The notes under the pieces are model-generated. The model was not told where the DNA came from. It made no database searches and saw only the letters and a list, made by a program, of their open reading frames with translations. Made by a program: the position numbers and the translations under genes. Below are positions 27,487 through 37,729 of a stretch of DNA of 64,000 nucleotides, one piece after another (position 1 is the first letter of the stretch; each line of letters begins with the position of its first letter). Location: sequence record LC727697.1, one strand, 5' to 3'.

Positions 27487-28626
27487 TTAGTCTAAACTAA
27501 ATCCTGTATTATAAATTTCAGAAATATCATTTTTTACTCCGCCCTGAGTATACGAAGTAATTTCCTCTTCTTGCGGCGCTACTTGGGTTGTTTTAGAACC
27601 AATCCAATGCTCTGTCCACGGAAGTGGATTACTAGCATGTTTGTATATTTTTTGCATACCTAATGCATGCAAACGTCTATCTGCAATAAACTCAACATAC
27701 TGTTTTAGTATGGCAGACGATAAACCTACGATAGAACCATCTTTAAACAAATAATCTGCCCATTCACGTTCTTGTTGAACAGCTTCTTCATACATAGCAT
27801 AAACCTCATCTTTGCAATTTTCTGCAATTTGTTTCCATGCTTCGCCTTCTGAGCCATCTGCAAACTTTTTAAGAATAGTAGTAGTAACTGCCAAGTGTAC
27901 GTTTTCGTCTCTGCAAATCATTTTAATTATTTTTGCAGATTTATTCATTAATTTTAACGATTCACTATATGCCCACGTACATGCAAACGAAACATAAAAT
28001 CTGACACCTTCTAGTATGTTTATGGCTACCATCATTTTATAGAATAATGTCATTAATTTTTTCGGATTTATATCTATTTCTTTACCGTTTACAATATGAT
28101 TACCATAACCTAGCATATTGTACCAATTACCATATTCTATAAACTCGTCATAGTATTTTGTAACTGCACTGGCACGTTCGATGATGGGTTCTATTTTTAC
28201 TACATTATCTAACACATCTTTTGGATCATGATACACATTCCTAATTAAGTGAGAATAACTTCTCGAATGTATACTTTCCATAAAAGTCCATGCAAGAATA
28301 AATCCTTCTAACTCCGGAATAGACACAAACGGAGTAAGTGCAATATTAGGTGCTCTACCCTGAACAGAATCTAGCAAAATCTGATAACTGAGATTTGATG
28401 TAAAAATATGTTTGCCGGCTGCGTCTAATTTGCGATGAAAATCATCTTTATCTTGATCCATTGCTATTTCTTCTGGTACCCAGAAGAAACCTATCTGTTT
28501 TCTAGTTTGCTTTTCGAAAAATGAATATTTTTGTCTATCAAACCTAGATACGTTTATTGGCCGACCGAAGAACATAGCTTCTTTAGTAGCATCAAACTGT
28601 TCTGGTTCAAATGTTTTAAATTTCAT
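27487..28626 (-). CDS. nrdB: Ribonucleotide reductase class Ia beta subunit
   Basis: FFWVPEEI, DSVQ, ESIHSRSY (radical Tyr), EGVRFY, RDENVH. Confidence 0.97.
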   Translation of the reverse strand: MKFKTFEPEQFDATKEAMFFGRPINVSRFDRQKYSFFEKQTRKQIGFFWVPEEIAMDQDKDDFHRKLDAAGKHIFTSNLSYQILLDSVQGRAPNIALTPFVSIPELEGFILAWTFMESIHSRSYSHLIRNVYHDPKDVLDNVVKIEPIIERASAVTKYYDEFIEYGNWYNMLGYGNHIVNGKEIDINPKKLMTLFYKMMVAINILEGVRFYVSFACTWAYSESLKLMNKSAKIIKMICRDENVHLAVTTTILKKFADGSEGEAWKQIAENCKDEVYAMYEEAVQQEREWADYLFKDGSIVGLSSAILKQYVEFIADRRLHALGMQKIYKHASNPLPWTEHWIGSKTTQVAPQEEEITSYTQGGVKNDISEIYNTGFSLD

Positions 28627-28679
28627 GTATGTTATCCTTATATTGTGTGTAATAAAGGGAACAATGTTCCCTTTTTATA

Positions 28680-30965
28680 TTATATTTTGCAAGAATCGCA
28701 ATCTTCTTCGTCAGCAATAGCAGATGAAATATCAGCCTCTACGTCGTCTGTTTGACCATCGTATGTATTATGGTAATAAAGTGTTTTTAAACCCATTTTA
28801 TATGCATATAGCAGATCTTTGATCATTACTGATTTCGGAATTTCATCATTCTCGTAGTGTTCTGGATTATAAAATGTATTTGTAGAAATTGCCTGATCTA
28901 GATATTTCTGTGCAACTGCTACTAGATTTAAATAACCAGTACAACTCTTCATATCCCATAACAGTTCGTATCTATTCTTTAGTTTAGGGAATCCAGGTAC
29001 CACTTGCTTAAGTCTACCTTCGCCCGATCCTTTTACACTAATAAATGCTCTGGGCGGTTCTATGCCATTAGTTGCATTACTTATTTGCGCAGATGTCTCC
29101 GATGGCATAAAACTAGATAAATTACTATTATACATGCCATATTGTGCTACTTGTTCTCTCAGTTCATCCCATGGCATTCTTTGTACATTTTTAACTAATT
29201 GGTCTACACTTGTTTTATAAGTATCTATAGGGAAAATATTCCTGCTATATTTTATATTATCCCATCCCGGTATTGTAGCATTTTTTTCTTTTGCTATATC
29301 CGAACTAGCTTTAATTAAATAATACTGGAATGCTTCCATTAACTCATCCCATGCTTCTAATCCGCTGTTATCAGTATATTTGAAATTATTTTTAGCTAAC
29401 CAATATGCAAGATTAATAACTCCTATTCCCAACGGACGATATTTAAGTGTAGAATTTTTTGCGGCAGGAATCGGATAATTTTGATAATCTAGTAACTCGT
29501 TTAAACCTCTCACTAATATTTCGGCAGGTCGTTGCAAATCTTCTTTTTTCTTAACTAAACCTAAATTAATTGCTGCAAGTGTACATAACGCTATTTCACC
29601 TTCTTCATCATATACATGTTTAAGAGGTTTAGTTGCAAGTGTAATTTCGGTACACAAATTTGTCATTTTAATCGGTGCAAATTCGGGAATAAATGCACCA
29701 TGATCATTTGCATGATCAATATTCATTAAATATATACGGCCAGTTTCTTTTCGTTCTGTTATAAACTTATCAAATAGTTCTTCAGCACTAATAGTATGCT
29801 TAATAATTCCCTTAGTATTTTCGTATTTTACATAAAGACGTTCAAATTCTTTTTGATCATCATAAAACGCTTTTTGTAAATCAGGCACTTCGTTCGGACT
29901 GAATAATGTTATATTACCATTTTCTAACAATCTAGAATATGCAAATCTGTTAAACAGTATGCAATAATCCATGTGTCTGACCGAATTCTCTTCAGTTCCT
30001 TTATTATTTTTAAGATTAAGAATTGTTTCAATTTCTAGATGCCAGTAGGGAGCAGAAAGTGTAGCGGCGCCGCCTCGTACGCCGCCTTGAGAACAAGATT
30101 TAACAGCAGCCTGGAACATTCTATAAAACGGAGTTACGCCAGTATGTTTTGTATCACCATTTCTTATCTTTGCCCCTAATGCACGTATATGACCGCCGTG
30201 TATGCCTATCCCTGCCTTTTGACTAATATATTTAACAATAGAACTAGTTGTAGCATTTATGGAATCTAAGCTATCATCAGTTTCGATTAATACACATGAA
30301 CTAAATTGTTTTACAGAGGTTCTAAGACCTGCCATAATAGGTGTTGGCAAGGAAATTACACCAGTACTTAATAAATCATAACATTCTTTTACTATAGCAA
30401 CTCGTTCTTTTCCTGTATATTTATGGAACATAGTTGCTGCAACTAAAAGATTTAGGTATTGAGGGGTTTCAAATACTTTCTTAGTAACTCTATCTTGAAC
30501 TAAATATTTTCCACGAAATTGTTCCATACCTGCATAGGCATGGTTAAAATCCCTCGAATGATCTATTACATTATCGAAATGATCCCATTCTTCCTTTGTA
30601 TACCAATCTAACAACTCTTTTGTATAATATCCTAATTTGATATTTCTTTGTACTAAATCATAAACAGGAATGGTATCATACTGACCTAATGCTTCTTTTC
30701 TAATTTGAAACAGTCGAAGCCTTGCTGCAACCCATTGGTAATTAGGACTTTCTTCAGAAATTAATTCATGTGCAGCAGCAATTAAAATTTCATGAATAGT
30801 ATCAGTTGTGATGCCGGGGTATAATTGCAATTGTGCCTTCATTTCTAAATGAGACACAGATACACCTGTTAGACCCTCGGTTGCCCAATATAAAATTTTA
30901 TGAATTTTTTCTGGATCAAATTCTTCTTTGGTACCGTCACGTTTAATAACAAAAATCCCTTTCAT
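28680..30965 (-). CDS. nrdA: Ribonucleotide reductase class Ia alpha subunit
   Basis: ATP cone (VIKRDG), QFSSC, TNLCTEI, PSETSA, C-terminal CDSC. Confidence 0.98.
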   Translation of the reverse strand: MKGIFVIKRDGTKEEFDPEKIHKILYWATEGLTGVSVSHLEMKAQLQLYPGITTDTIHEILIAAAHELISEESPNYQWVAARLRLFQIRKEALGQYDTIPVYDLVQRNIKLGYYTKELLDWYTKEEWDHFDNVIDHSRDFNHAYAGMEQFRGKYLVQDRVTKKVFETPQYLNLLVAATMFHKYTGKERVAIVKECYDLLSTGVISLPTPIMAGLRTSVKQFSSCVLIETDDSLDSINATTSSIVKYISQKAGIGIHGGHIRALGAKIRNGDTKHTGVTPFYRMFQAAVKSCSQGGVRGGAATLSAPYWHLEIETILNLKNNKGTEENSVRHMDYCILFNRFAYSRLLENGNITLFSPNEVPDLQKAFYDDQKEFERLYVKYENTKGIIKHTISAEELFDKFITERKETGRIYLMNIDHANDHGAFIPEFAPIKMTNLCTEITLATKPLKHVYDEEGEIALCTLAAINLGLVKKKEDLQRPAEILVRGLNELLDYQNYPIPAAKNSTLKYRPLGIGVINLAYWLAKNNFKYTDNSGLEAWDELMEAFQYYLIKASSDIAKEKNATIPGWDNIKYSRNIFPIDTYKTSVDQLVKNVQRMPWDELREQVAQYGMYNSNLSSFMPSETSAQISNATNGIEPPRAFISVKGSGEGRLKQVVPGFPKLKNRYELLWDMKSCTGYLNLVAVAQKYLDQAISTNTFYNPEHYENDEIPKSVMIKDLLYAYKMGLKTLYYHNTYDGQTDDVEADISSAIADEEDCDSCKI

Positions 30966-30973
30966 ATATTTCC

Positions 30974-31408
30974 TTAGTTTAGTTCTCTTATGTGTTCTTT
31001 ACTGTAAATGTCTATTACAGTTATATTTGTTAGATTATTTAATTCTATTACATCTCTCGGATAATAATTTAATACCATACCATCTACAACAGGTACCATA
31101 AATCTTTGTTCTGTATCATCTATAACATACATTTTAATATTTGCATCAGGGAATACAGAAATAACAGTGTAGTACATCATTAATGATATAGAATTTTCAC
31201 AAAATTTAATATCAGCAAGAATGTCCCACGGATCTGGCCAAGTATTAGGATTATAAAAATCAATGGTTCTAGGTCCTAATGGCATATCTGCAAAAAAGTT
31301 TGCAATTTCTAGTAATGCTTGATTAATGGGTAGAGTTTTTAAGGAGAGTCTATGCTGTCTCCAGGCAGCAATCCGTTTATCTGCCCGGAGATTATTCCAA
31401 TCTGTCAT
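30974..31408 (-). CDS. Hypothetical protein
   Basis: 144-aa ORF. Confidence 0.7.
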   Translation of the reverse strand: MTDWNNLRADKRIAAWRQHRLSLKTLPINQALLEIANFFADMPLGPRTIDFYNPNTWPDPWDILADIKFCENSISLMMYYTVISVFPDANIKMYVIDDTEQRFMVPVVDGMVLNYYPRDVIELNNLTNITVIDIYSKEHIRELN

Positions 31409-31424
31409 TTATTATTTCTATTTG

Positions 31425-32624
31425 TTAATTCTGAACTGATTCGTTATCCCACGAAATCCAACGCTTTGTAGTTAATTTAAGAAGTACCCTCGACGGAAAA
31501 TTATGCCTGTATGTTATATTTACTGTGTTAGGTGCTACATATTCTCCACTAAAATCTACATCAGCGTCGTATCCCACCGAAGATCTATGCTCAACAGATG
31601 TGTCTGAAACAACTACAGTTTCTGATCCTTTAGATAAAATAATATTTAATGTTCCGGTTTGAACAAACCTGCCATCGCTGCCCATAACTGGGCCTTGCAT
31701 GTCATCAAAACTTATAGAATAATCTATATTAAATGTATCAGATACCGAACCATCAAACGTCATTGGACTAGTTTCGTAGTTACCGCCGTTTATTATATCT
31801 ATAGTTTTTACTAAAGTAAACGAATTAGAAGGCTCTAATTCGTATGTTATAGGACTATTTACTATTACATCTGTACTACTAGTAGTTTTAAAGTATTCTG
31901 TTAGTATTTCTACGTTTTGTTTTGTAGTTACATATGCTTTGTCACTGTCTGTAGTAATATATTCATTTATTAATACACTTAAACTAGCAGATTCGTATAC
32001 AGTATCAGTAAATAATATCCCTGCGTCCATTACTATACCGTTATTGTATGCAGAGTTTACAGTATTATCTATAATATACGAATTGTTAGCTATAGTTGTC
32101 AGATTAAACGAATCAGGCGGTTGGCATCCTGCAAAAAATTTAAACGTATACTGATCAGAGGAATCAATAGTCCACGAATACATCAATGTATATCTAATAT
32201 CAGAGGCGCTACCTGTTGACTGGAGTACAGACGTCTTAACACTACGAATAATCTCTATATTTCGTTCGTATTCATTAATGCTTTCTCTGTTAGTATCAGA
32301 AACATAATATAGCTGCGGGAATTTAGCCAATTCTGCTAGATTTTGCTTTTCAGCATCAGTTAATGTAGTTGGCTCCGATACAAAAGTAAAAATATTGTGT
32401 AATAACGTTTGGTTAACTAAATCTTGGGATCCAAGAGGTTCTCCCCTAAACAATTCAACGGCTGCTACTGCATCTTCGTCAGACACGCCAATAAATAATT
32501 GCTTAGTATCCATACACCAACCGAGTTCTCCCGGTCTTAGTGGTTGCGGCAAGTTAACACGACGACCTCTTCTGTTTTCTATTCGTGCTACTATTATATC
32601 TTGTGTTAAATACGGATCGGCCAT
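31425..32624 (-). CDS. Virion structural protein with Mtd_N-like N-terminus
   Basis: RIENRRG...LRPGELGWCMDTKQLFIG; ATAAATA late motif at 32653-32659. Confidence 0.7.
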   Translation of the reverse strand: MADPYLTQDIIVARIENRRGRRVNLPQPLRPGELGWCMDTKQLFIGVSDEDAVAAVELFRGEPLGSQDLVNQTLLHNIFTFVSEPTTLTDAEKQNLAELAKFPQLYYVSDTNRESINEYERNIEIIRSVKTSVLQSTGSASDIRYTLMYSWTIDSSDQYTFKFFAGCQPPDSFNLTTIANNSYIIDNTVNSAYNNGIVMDAGILFTDTVYESASLSVLINEYITTDSDKAYVTTKQNVEILTEYFKTTSSTDVIVNSPITYELEPSNSFTLVKTIDIINGGNYETSPMTFDGSVSDTFNIDYSISFDDMQGPVMGSDGRFVQTGTLNIILSKGSETVVVSDTSVEHRSSVGYDADVDFSGEYVAPNTVNITYRHNFPSRVLLKLTTKRWISWDNESVQN

Positions 32625-32655
32625 GCTAAAAATTCCATTTTATTTTGTATTATAT

Positions 32656-33321
32656 TTATGCCAATACTACTTCAGTATAATATCTCATAACATCATCAAA
32701 CCACATATTCTTATATTCAGAATATTCATCTGCTTCTATAATAAATTCCTGAAACATTCCTGTTTGTGTTGCCATAAGTATAACACCAGTAGTTATATTA
32801 GTTCCATACATGATGTTGTGAGCTTCTGCATATGCAACTAATTGCTTAAAATAATTTTCAATCCATTCTTTTTTCCTAACATTTCTTGCATTTTTAAAAT
32901 CTATTATTGATTCTCTATCCTTATATACACCAACTAAGTCTGTAGTACCTGCATATAATTCAGGATAATATAATGGGACTTCAGTACCCCATGCTTCTGA
33001 TAGATGTTTCAGTCCGTTCTGTTTAATTAAACCAAACATCATTTTAGCCATAGGATTTCCGTTAATTTCGGAACTACCGTTAAGAAAATTTTCTAAGTTT
33101 TGGTGCAAATGCGTTCCTGTGTATGAAGACGACTCTGTTATTTTAGCTGCGTTTTCTTCACCTTCCCTTTCACGCCAATCAGTTAGAAATGACTTATCGG
33201 TAACAAAATCTAATATAGTAGTAACAGAAGGCAATAATTTTCCGTCTGGTGTTTTGTATTTTCTACCTGCCGGAGAATCTACACGATCGCAAAAAGTATA
33301 ATTGAATTTTTGTATTAACAT
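32656..33321 (-). CDS. PD-(D/E)XK exonuclease
   Basis: LPSVTTIL, GTHLH, YAGTTD, IIDFK, QLVAYA. Confidence 0.9.
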   Translation of the reverse strand: MLIQKFNYTFCDRVDSPAGRKYKTPDGKLLPSVTTILDFVTDKSFLTDWREREGEENAAKITESSSYTGTHLHQNLENFLNGSSEINGNPMAKMMFGLIKQNGLKHLSEAWGTEVPLYYPELYAGTTDLVGVYKDRESIIDFKNARNVRKKEWIENYFKQLVAYAEAHNIMYGTNITTGVILMATQTGMFQEFIIEADEYSEYKNMWFDDVMRYYTEVVLA

Positions 33322-33328
33322 AGCCTGT

Positions 33329-33357
33329 ATTATAATATAAGGCTATAAATATGTCAA
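33329..33357 (-). promoter_or_regulatory. sigma70-type promoter giving a leaderless exonuclease mRNA
   Basis: TTGACA-N17-TATAAT, then 7 nt to ATG. Confidence 0.8.
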
Positions 33358-33384
33358 GAACAGACAATGAAAATTAGTGGTATA

Positions 33385-33720
33385 TTACCAAGTAATATAC
33401 CACTGAAGGCTAGATTGAGTGTTAGGATTTAACTGAAGTTTGATTACATATCCCAAATCAGTAAAGTATTGTGTTATGAATTCGAACTGATCAGTGATGG
33501 CCCTATCTGTTTTTTGTTTCATAAATACTTTATAGTAATCTTTATCGGGTGTGTCATTAGTTATAGGTGTACCCGATTTAACATAGACGCTTAGTTGCTT
33601 CATGTCTATTGCTGTTAGTATTGCTTGCTGAATTCCGCATATTTCTGTAAAGATAGTTTTATTATCTCTACTCATTATCCTTGCATCTTCAGCACGTATA
33701 AATCCAGATCCACAACTCAT
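33385..33720 (-). CDS. Hypothetical (probable virion) protein
   Basis: 111-aa ORF at the end of the late block. Confidence 0.7.
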   Translation of the reverse strand: MSCGSGFIRAEDARIMSRDNKTIFTEICGIQQAILTAIDMKQLSVYVKSGTPITNDTPDKDYYKVFMKQKTDRAITDQFEFITQYFTDLGYVIKLQLNPNTQSSLQWYITW

Positions 33721-34034
33721 TATTTTAGATCCTGCATAGCTAATTTAGATACTTCTTTAGAAAACTTATCATCTTCTTTGTCAGTAATATCTGTTGTGTT
33801 ACCTATTGTTATGACTTGCCCATTTACACTAGTAATGCCGGGTACATTTTCTAATTGAGAAACAACTTGATCAGGTGTAACAGAATAACCCATAGAAATT
33901 AATTTGTCTGTTACCCTTTTTGTACTAATAGTGGACAAACCGGCAGCTTTTGCTGCCGTTATAATATCAAACAAAGAACTTTCTAGTCTATCTACATATT
34001 CGTCTGATTCGACTAATATATCTTTAATCTTCAC
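33720..34034 (-). CDS. Probable head-internal protein
   Basis: MKIKDILVE|S N-terminus. Confidence 0.65.
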   Translation of the reverse strand: MKIKDILVESDEYVDRLESSLFDIITAAKAAGLSTISTKRVTDKLISMGYSVTPDQVVSQLENVPGITSVNGQVITIGNTTDITDKEDDKFSKEVSKLAMQDLK

Positions 34035-35222
34035 TTATTGTTTCCTAGAAGATTTCAATTTATCTATAGATGCCTGTAATGAAACTAAACTTTCAGATAA
34101 TTTTTTTAGTTTATTACTTCTTGTTGAGTTAGATTCTTTCATGGAACGACCTAACGGTTCTTCAGTGTCGGCTGCACCGAAATTATCCTCTATTCCCAGT
34201 CCTAAATCGTCGCCTATTTCTAGTTGATCATCCATATCGACATCAGTGCCAGCAGTTTCTATTCCATCCATATCGGTATATGTACTTCCAGTAGAAAGCA
34301 TATCTACTGCATTATCGATGCGGTCTTTTGTACTGCGTAAGGTGTCTACTATACTATTGAAATCAGCAAGTAATTCTGACTGGAATCTATTTGCTGTAGC
34401 GGCGCCGTAAGTTTGACGCATTTGATCAGATACTGCACCTAAGTCTTCGTTCATAAGTCTGCCTAACTTTTCTACCATAGTTTGCAGTTCTTGACCGAAA
34501 CCTTTAGCAGCAATAACTACTTCTGCTTGTTCTACTTCGTTTTCATTTAATTTTCTAGATTCTTTCACTGAAATACCTTTAGTTAGGCTGGGATGTTTGT
34601 ATATTTCACGACCATGGCGTTCAAAGTCTGCTCGGTCGCCGTATGGCTCTAATTCTAAATCAGCCAATTTACTTCCTTTTTGTTTCAATAATTCGTTTGC
34701 TGCATCTCGTTGAGATTGCGATACAGTTGACCAATCATACGAATCAGTTAACATAGTATCATCTGAGTTAGAATTTAAATAATGTTCTAATCTAGCTCTT
34801 AAATCTAATGCTATATCGTCATCTTTAAATCTGTATGAACTAGAACGATACGAATTTAATGTGGATCTCATAGCATCGTCTATGTCATCGCCTTGTTTTA
34901 ATAAATTTACTGCATCTTTAAATAGAGTAGATAATACATTATTATATGATGCCGAATCTACCCTACCATCTACTGATCTATGCATTTCTAACAAAGTATC
35001 AATGCCTTCTTTCATTAAAATGCATTTAGCATGCTCGGGTGACGATGCAGAAATATTATTGATTCTATTATTAATAATTGATTTTACAACAGATTCTTTG
35101 AGTTTTTCTAGTTCTTCGACAGACGCCGACTCAGATAATGATACACCGTAACTCGATTTTAACATCGAATTTATTTTCTTAAATTTTTTTGATTCTGTAA
35201 TTTTAACGTCTTTCAAAAACAT
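34035..35222 (-). CDS. Probable prohead core/scaffold-like protein
   Basis: Helical, acidic; many (I/L/V)xE|S sites; late motif at 35250-35256. Confidence 0.55.
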   Translation of the reverse strand: MFLKDVKITESKKFKKINSMLKSSYGVSLSESASVEELEKLKESVVKSIINNRINNISASSPEHAKCILMKEGIDTLLEMHRSVDGRVDSASYNNVLSTLFKDAVNLLKQGDDIDDAMRSTLNSYRSSSYRFKDDDIALDLRARLEHYLNSNSDDTMLTDSYDWSTVSQSQRDAANELLKQKGSKLADLELEPYGDRADFERHGREIYKHPSLTKGISVKESRKLNENEVEQAEVVIAAKGFGQELQTMVEKLGRLMNEDLGAVSDQMRQTYGAATANRFQSELLADFNSIVDTLRSTKDRIDNAVDMLSTGSTYTDMDGIETAGTDVDMDDQLEIGDDLGLGIEDNFGAADTEEPLGRSMKESNSTRSNKLKKLSESLVSLQASIDKLKSSRKQ

Positions 35223-35258
35223 AGCTAAATTACCTTATAATTTTGTATATATTTATCA

Positions 35259-35714
35259 TTATTTATTAGATAACCTAAAGGATCTAATTGCGCGCTTTAG
35301 CTTAACTATGTTGTGTTTAGCAACAGAAATTCTGTCATCATACATACAAGTATCTTCTAAATTAGCAAATCGTTTAGAATACGAATAATGAACTATATCA
35401 TTTAAATGTTTTGTGTAACTAGATTCCCAATTTAGAACTTTTCTTTTTCCGTTTATTAAATTCTTTTCCATACACATAGCATAGCAGTATGCCGTACTGT
35501 ATAAGTTAAAAGAAATGTTTTCTTTTCTTGCTGTATCGGAATTAACTATTATCCACTTATCATTTTTATATTTAATTACATAACTACCATATACAGATTC
35601 ATTCTTTTTATCTGCTAATAATTCTAACTCATCTTCATTTAATGATAGTATAGTAGATGATATTACTTCATCAAATGTCTCTAATATTTTCTTTTTGTTT
35701 ATTTTTTTAGGCAT
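35259..35714 (-). CDS. Hypothetical protein
   Basis: 151-aa ORF in late block. Confidence 0.7.
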   Translation of the reverse strand: MPKKINKKKILETFDEVISSTILSLNEDELELLADKKNESVYGSYVIKYKNDKWIIVNSDTARKENISFNLYSTAYCYAMCMEKNLINGKRKVLNWESSYTKHLNDIVHYSYSKRFANLEDTCMYDDRISVAKHNIVKLKRAIRSFRLSNK

Positions 35715-35715
35715 A

Positions 35716-36342
35716 TTACTTTTTTGGTTTGGGACCGGGCTTTTTAGGTTTCTTATGTCTACGTTTTATTTCACCTAATGGAGTTACTACACCACTTATA
35801 GCAGCAGATGACATAAATGATGATTCATCTACAGCCGAATCATTAGATATACCGGCTAATTTTTTTATACGATCGATTTCTTTTGTTGCATCGTCTGCAG
35901 ACATGTTAGGAGTAACCGGAATTATACTATCGCCCGATTGAACAATCGAACCGCCGTCGGAAGTATTAATAGTAATAGTATTGCCTGCTATTGTTTTATT
36001 TTTTACTGTTACATCTTTAGGATTTCCGGATTCGGGATTGGCAATTGTAAGTTTATCACCAGTTTTTAATTTCTTAAAATTAGGAGTATCTTTTAAATTA
36101 GTTAAATCAGCAGCAGTAATTTTTTGTTGTTGACTTGGTGCAATTGAAGTATCCCTTACAGCAGAATAACTATTATCTAATGATTCTACTATATGTTTTA
36201 TAATGTCAGAATCTATGTGGTCTTGACTCTCAGTTAATGCCACAAAATCCTTAAATGAAATATATTTCATAAATGAACGTAATTCTAGTTCGTTTAAACC
36301 AAATTGTTCTTTTAATATTTGTTCTAATTTTATTTTATTCAT
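35716..36342 (-). CDS. Probable head-internal protein with basic tail
   Basis: LTE|S, IVE|S, VDE|S sites; C-terminal RRHKKPKKPGPKPKK. Confidence 0.6.
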   Translation of the reverse strand: MNKIKLEQILKEQFGLNELELRSFMKYISFKDFVALTESQDHIDSDIIKHIVESLDNSYSAVRDTSIAPSQQQKITAADLTNLKDTPNFKKLKTGDKLTIANPESGNPKDVTVKNKTIAGNTITINTSDGGSIVQSGDSIIPVTPNMSADDATKEIDRIKKLAGISNDSAVDESSFMSSAAISGVVTPLGEIKRRHKKPKKPGPKPKK

Positions 36343-36803
36343 ATTAATGAAGATCTCACAAATTCTATGTTTAAACCCGACCCATATGTTCTTATAATGG
36401 TACCTGACGGCAATATAATACCATCTAGTTCGTCTACTAATAACCCAGTTGTTCCGGGTGTACCATATGGGTTATAATTAGTAAACACTTCCGGCATTTC
36501 ACATGCGAATTTCCATACAAATCCTTCGCCAATTAATGTAGGGGCACCATATGCAGCTAAATTAGCAACAGGAACAGGATTATTCATTATAACTGGCATA
36601 GCTCTGAGACCTATACTTTGAAGAAGTATTTCGAAATTCTTTTGGCTTATATCATGTATATTATTTGTTACTAAGATGTTTATCCCTTCTGCGTTTTCGG
36701 GATCAGTATATGCCTTATCGGATTGCGCATATACTATAAAATAGGGTACATCGGCAGTTAGATTTTGTTGGGCACTACTAGTACCATGAATTTTTTGTGT
36801 CAT
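36339..36803 (-). CDS. Probable virion protein
   Basis: Late motif at 36833-36839; N-terminus MTQKIHG resembles that of the neighbouring gene. Confidence 0.65.
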   Translation of the reverse strand: MTQKIHGTSSAQQNLTADVPYFIVYAQSDKAYTDPENAEGINILVTNNIHDISQKNFEILLQSIGLRAMPVIMNNPVPVANLAAYGAPTLIGEGFVWKFACEMPEVFTNYNPYGTPGTTGLLVDELDGIILPSGTIIRTYGSGLNIEFVRSSLI

Positions 36804-36875
36804 TGCTATTACCTATACACATATTATATAGGTATTTATCGCATATGTAAAGTTTTTTCTACACACTAAGAACAA

Positions 36876-36898
36876 GAAAGGGCTTAATAAGCCCTTTC
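36876..36898 (-). terminator. Hairpin (11-bp arms, 1-nt loop)
   Basis: GAAAGGGCTTA-A-TAAGCCCTTTC. Confidence 0.7.
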
Positions 36899-36921
36899 AA
36901 GTTTTATTTAAGTTAACTATA

Positions 36922-37224
36922 TTAAACTACAGTAAACTTACCTACAGTAACAGTACCAGTCAAACCAGCAGCAGTTAATGCAGCTTCTAGGTCTGCCTTG
37001 GTCCAGCCGTCGCCAGCATTTTCTACAGCAACATGCATTACACCGGCATCGAATTCTATAATAACTAGAGTCGATTTTAAAGAAACAGTGCGATATACTT
37101 GTTCTGCTACGCTGTTAGGTAATTGCGGGTTTACGTCAACGCTAGCAACTTCGATTTTTAGATATTGCAGATGACCAGTTAAGTTAGTACCTGCTAAGAT
37201 GCCGCCATGTACTTTTTGTACCAT
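36922..37224 (-). CDS. Probable abundant virion (decoration-type) protein
   Basis: Own late motif (37278-37284), GGAG RBS and terminator; MVQKVHG start. Confidence 0.65.
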   Translation of the reverse strand: MVQKVHGGILAGTNLTGHLQYLKIEVASVDVNPQLPNSVAEQVYRTVSLKSTLVIIEFDAGVMHVAVENAGDGWTKADLEAALTAAGLTGTVTVGKFTVV

Positions 37225-37290
37225 GTTAAATATTCTCCATTAATTAATTTATACAAAGTTTCCTTTGTAGCTATAGTTATTTATCTTTTT

Positions 37291-37722
37291 CTATTGTTTA
37301 TTAGTTTTTTCCGGAAATTTTGTAGAGTATTCTGCCGGAATAAGAGTTATTTCATATGCATTTCCATCCGTTGTACTAACTAACGCAACTATGCCGTTGG
37401 CTGTAGATTTTATAGAAACTATATCTTTTATAAAATCACACTTTCCTATACTAGAAATAAGGTCTATTAATCTAGTAGGTCTACTTTCTTGCAAAGATAC
37501 CCTCTCTTCTAGACCGGGATACGGAAGTGACTTAATTACATTGCCGTGTTTATAGTAAAATTTTCCGCCAAAGTTGTACCCAAATATAACTTCGCCTTTG
37601 TGCTTTCTATGAAATTCTGCTTGAGTTCCATTGTTTTTTATGTCATCCCAGTCTACTTTTATATTAGTTGTATTGTCTATAGACGACATAATTTTGTCAA
37701 AACGTGATTGATAACTAGACAT
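37291..37722 (-). CDS. Hypothetical protein
   Basis: Start moved to ATG 37722 (MSSYQ) after AGGA, which removes the overlap. Confidence 0.65.
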   Translation of the reverse strand: MSSYQSRFDKIMSSIDNTTNIKVDWDDIKNNGTQAEFHRKHKGEVIFGYNFGGKFYYKHGNVIKSLPYPGLEERVSLQESRPTRLIDLISSIGKCDFIKDIVSIKSTANGIVALVSTTDGNAYEITLIPAEYSTKFPEKTNKQ

Positions 37723-37729
37723 AAAAATC

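Noticed and set aside
32656-33321. Cas4 / CRISPR adaptation role for the PD-(D/E)XK nuclease
   Set aside because: It lacks the four Fe-S cysteines, and no array or other cas gene is present
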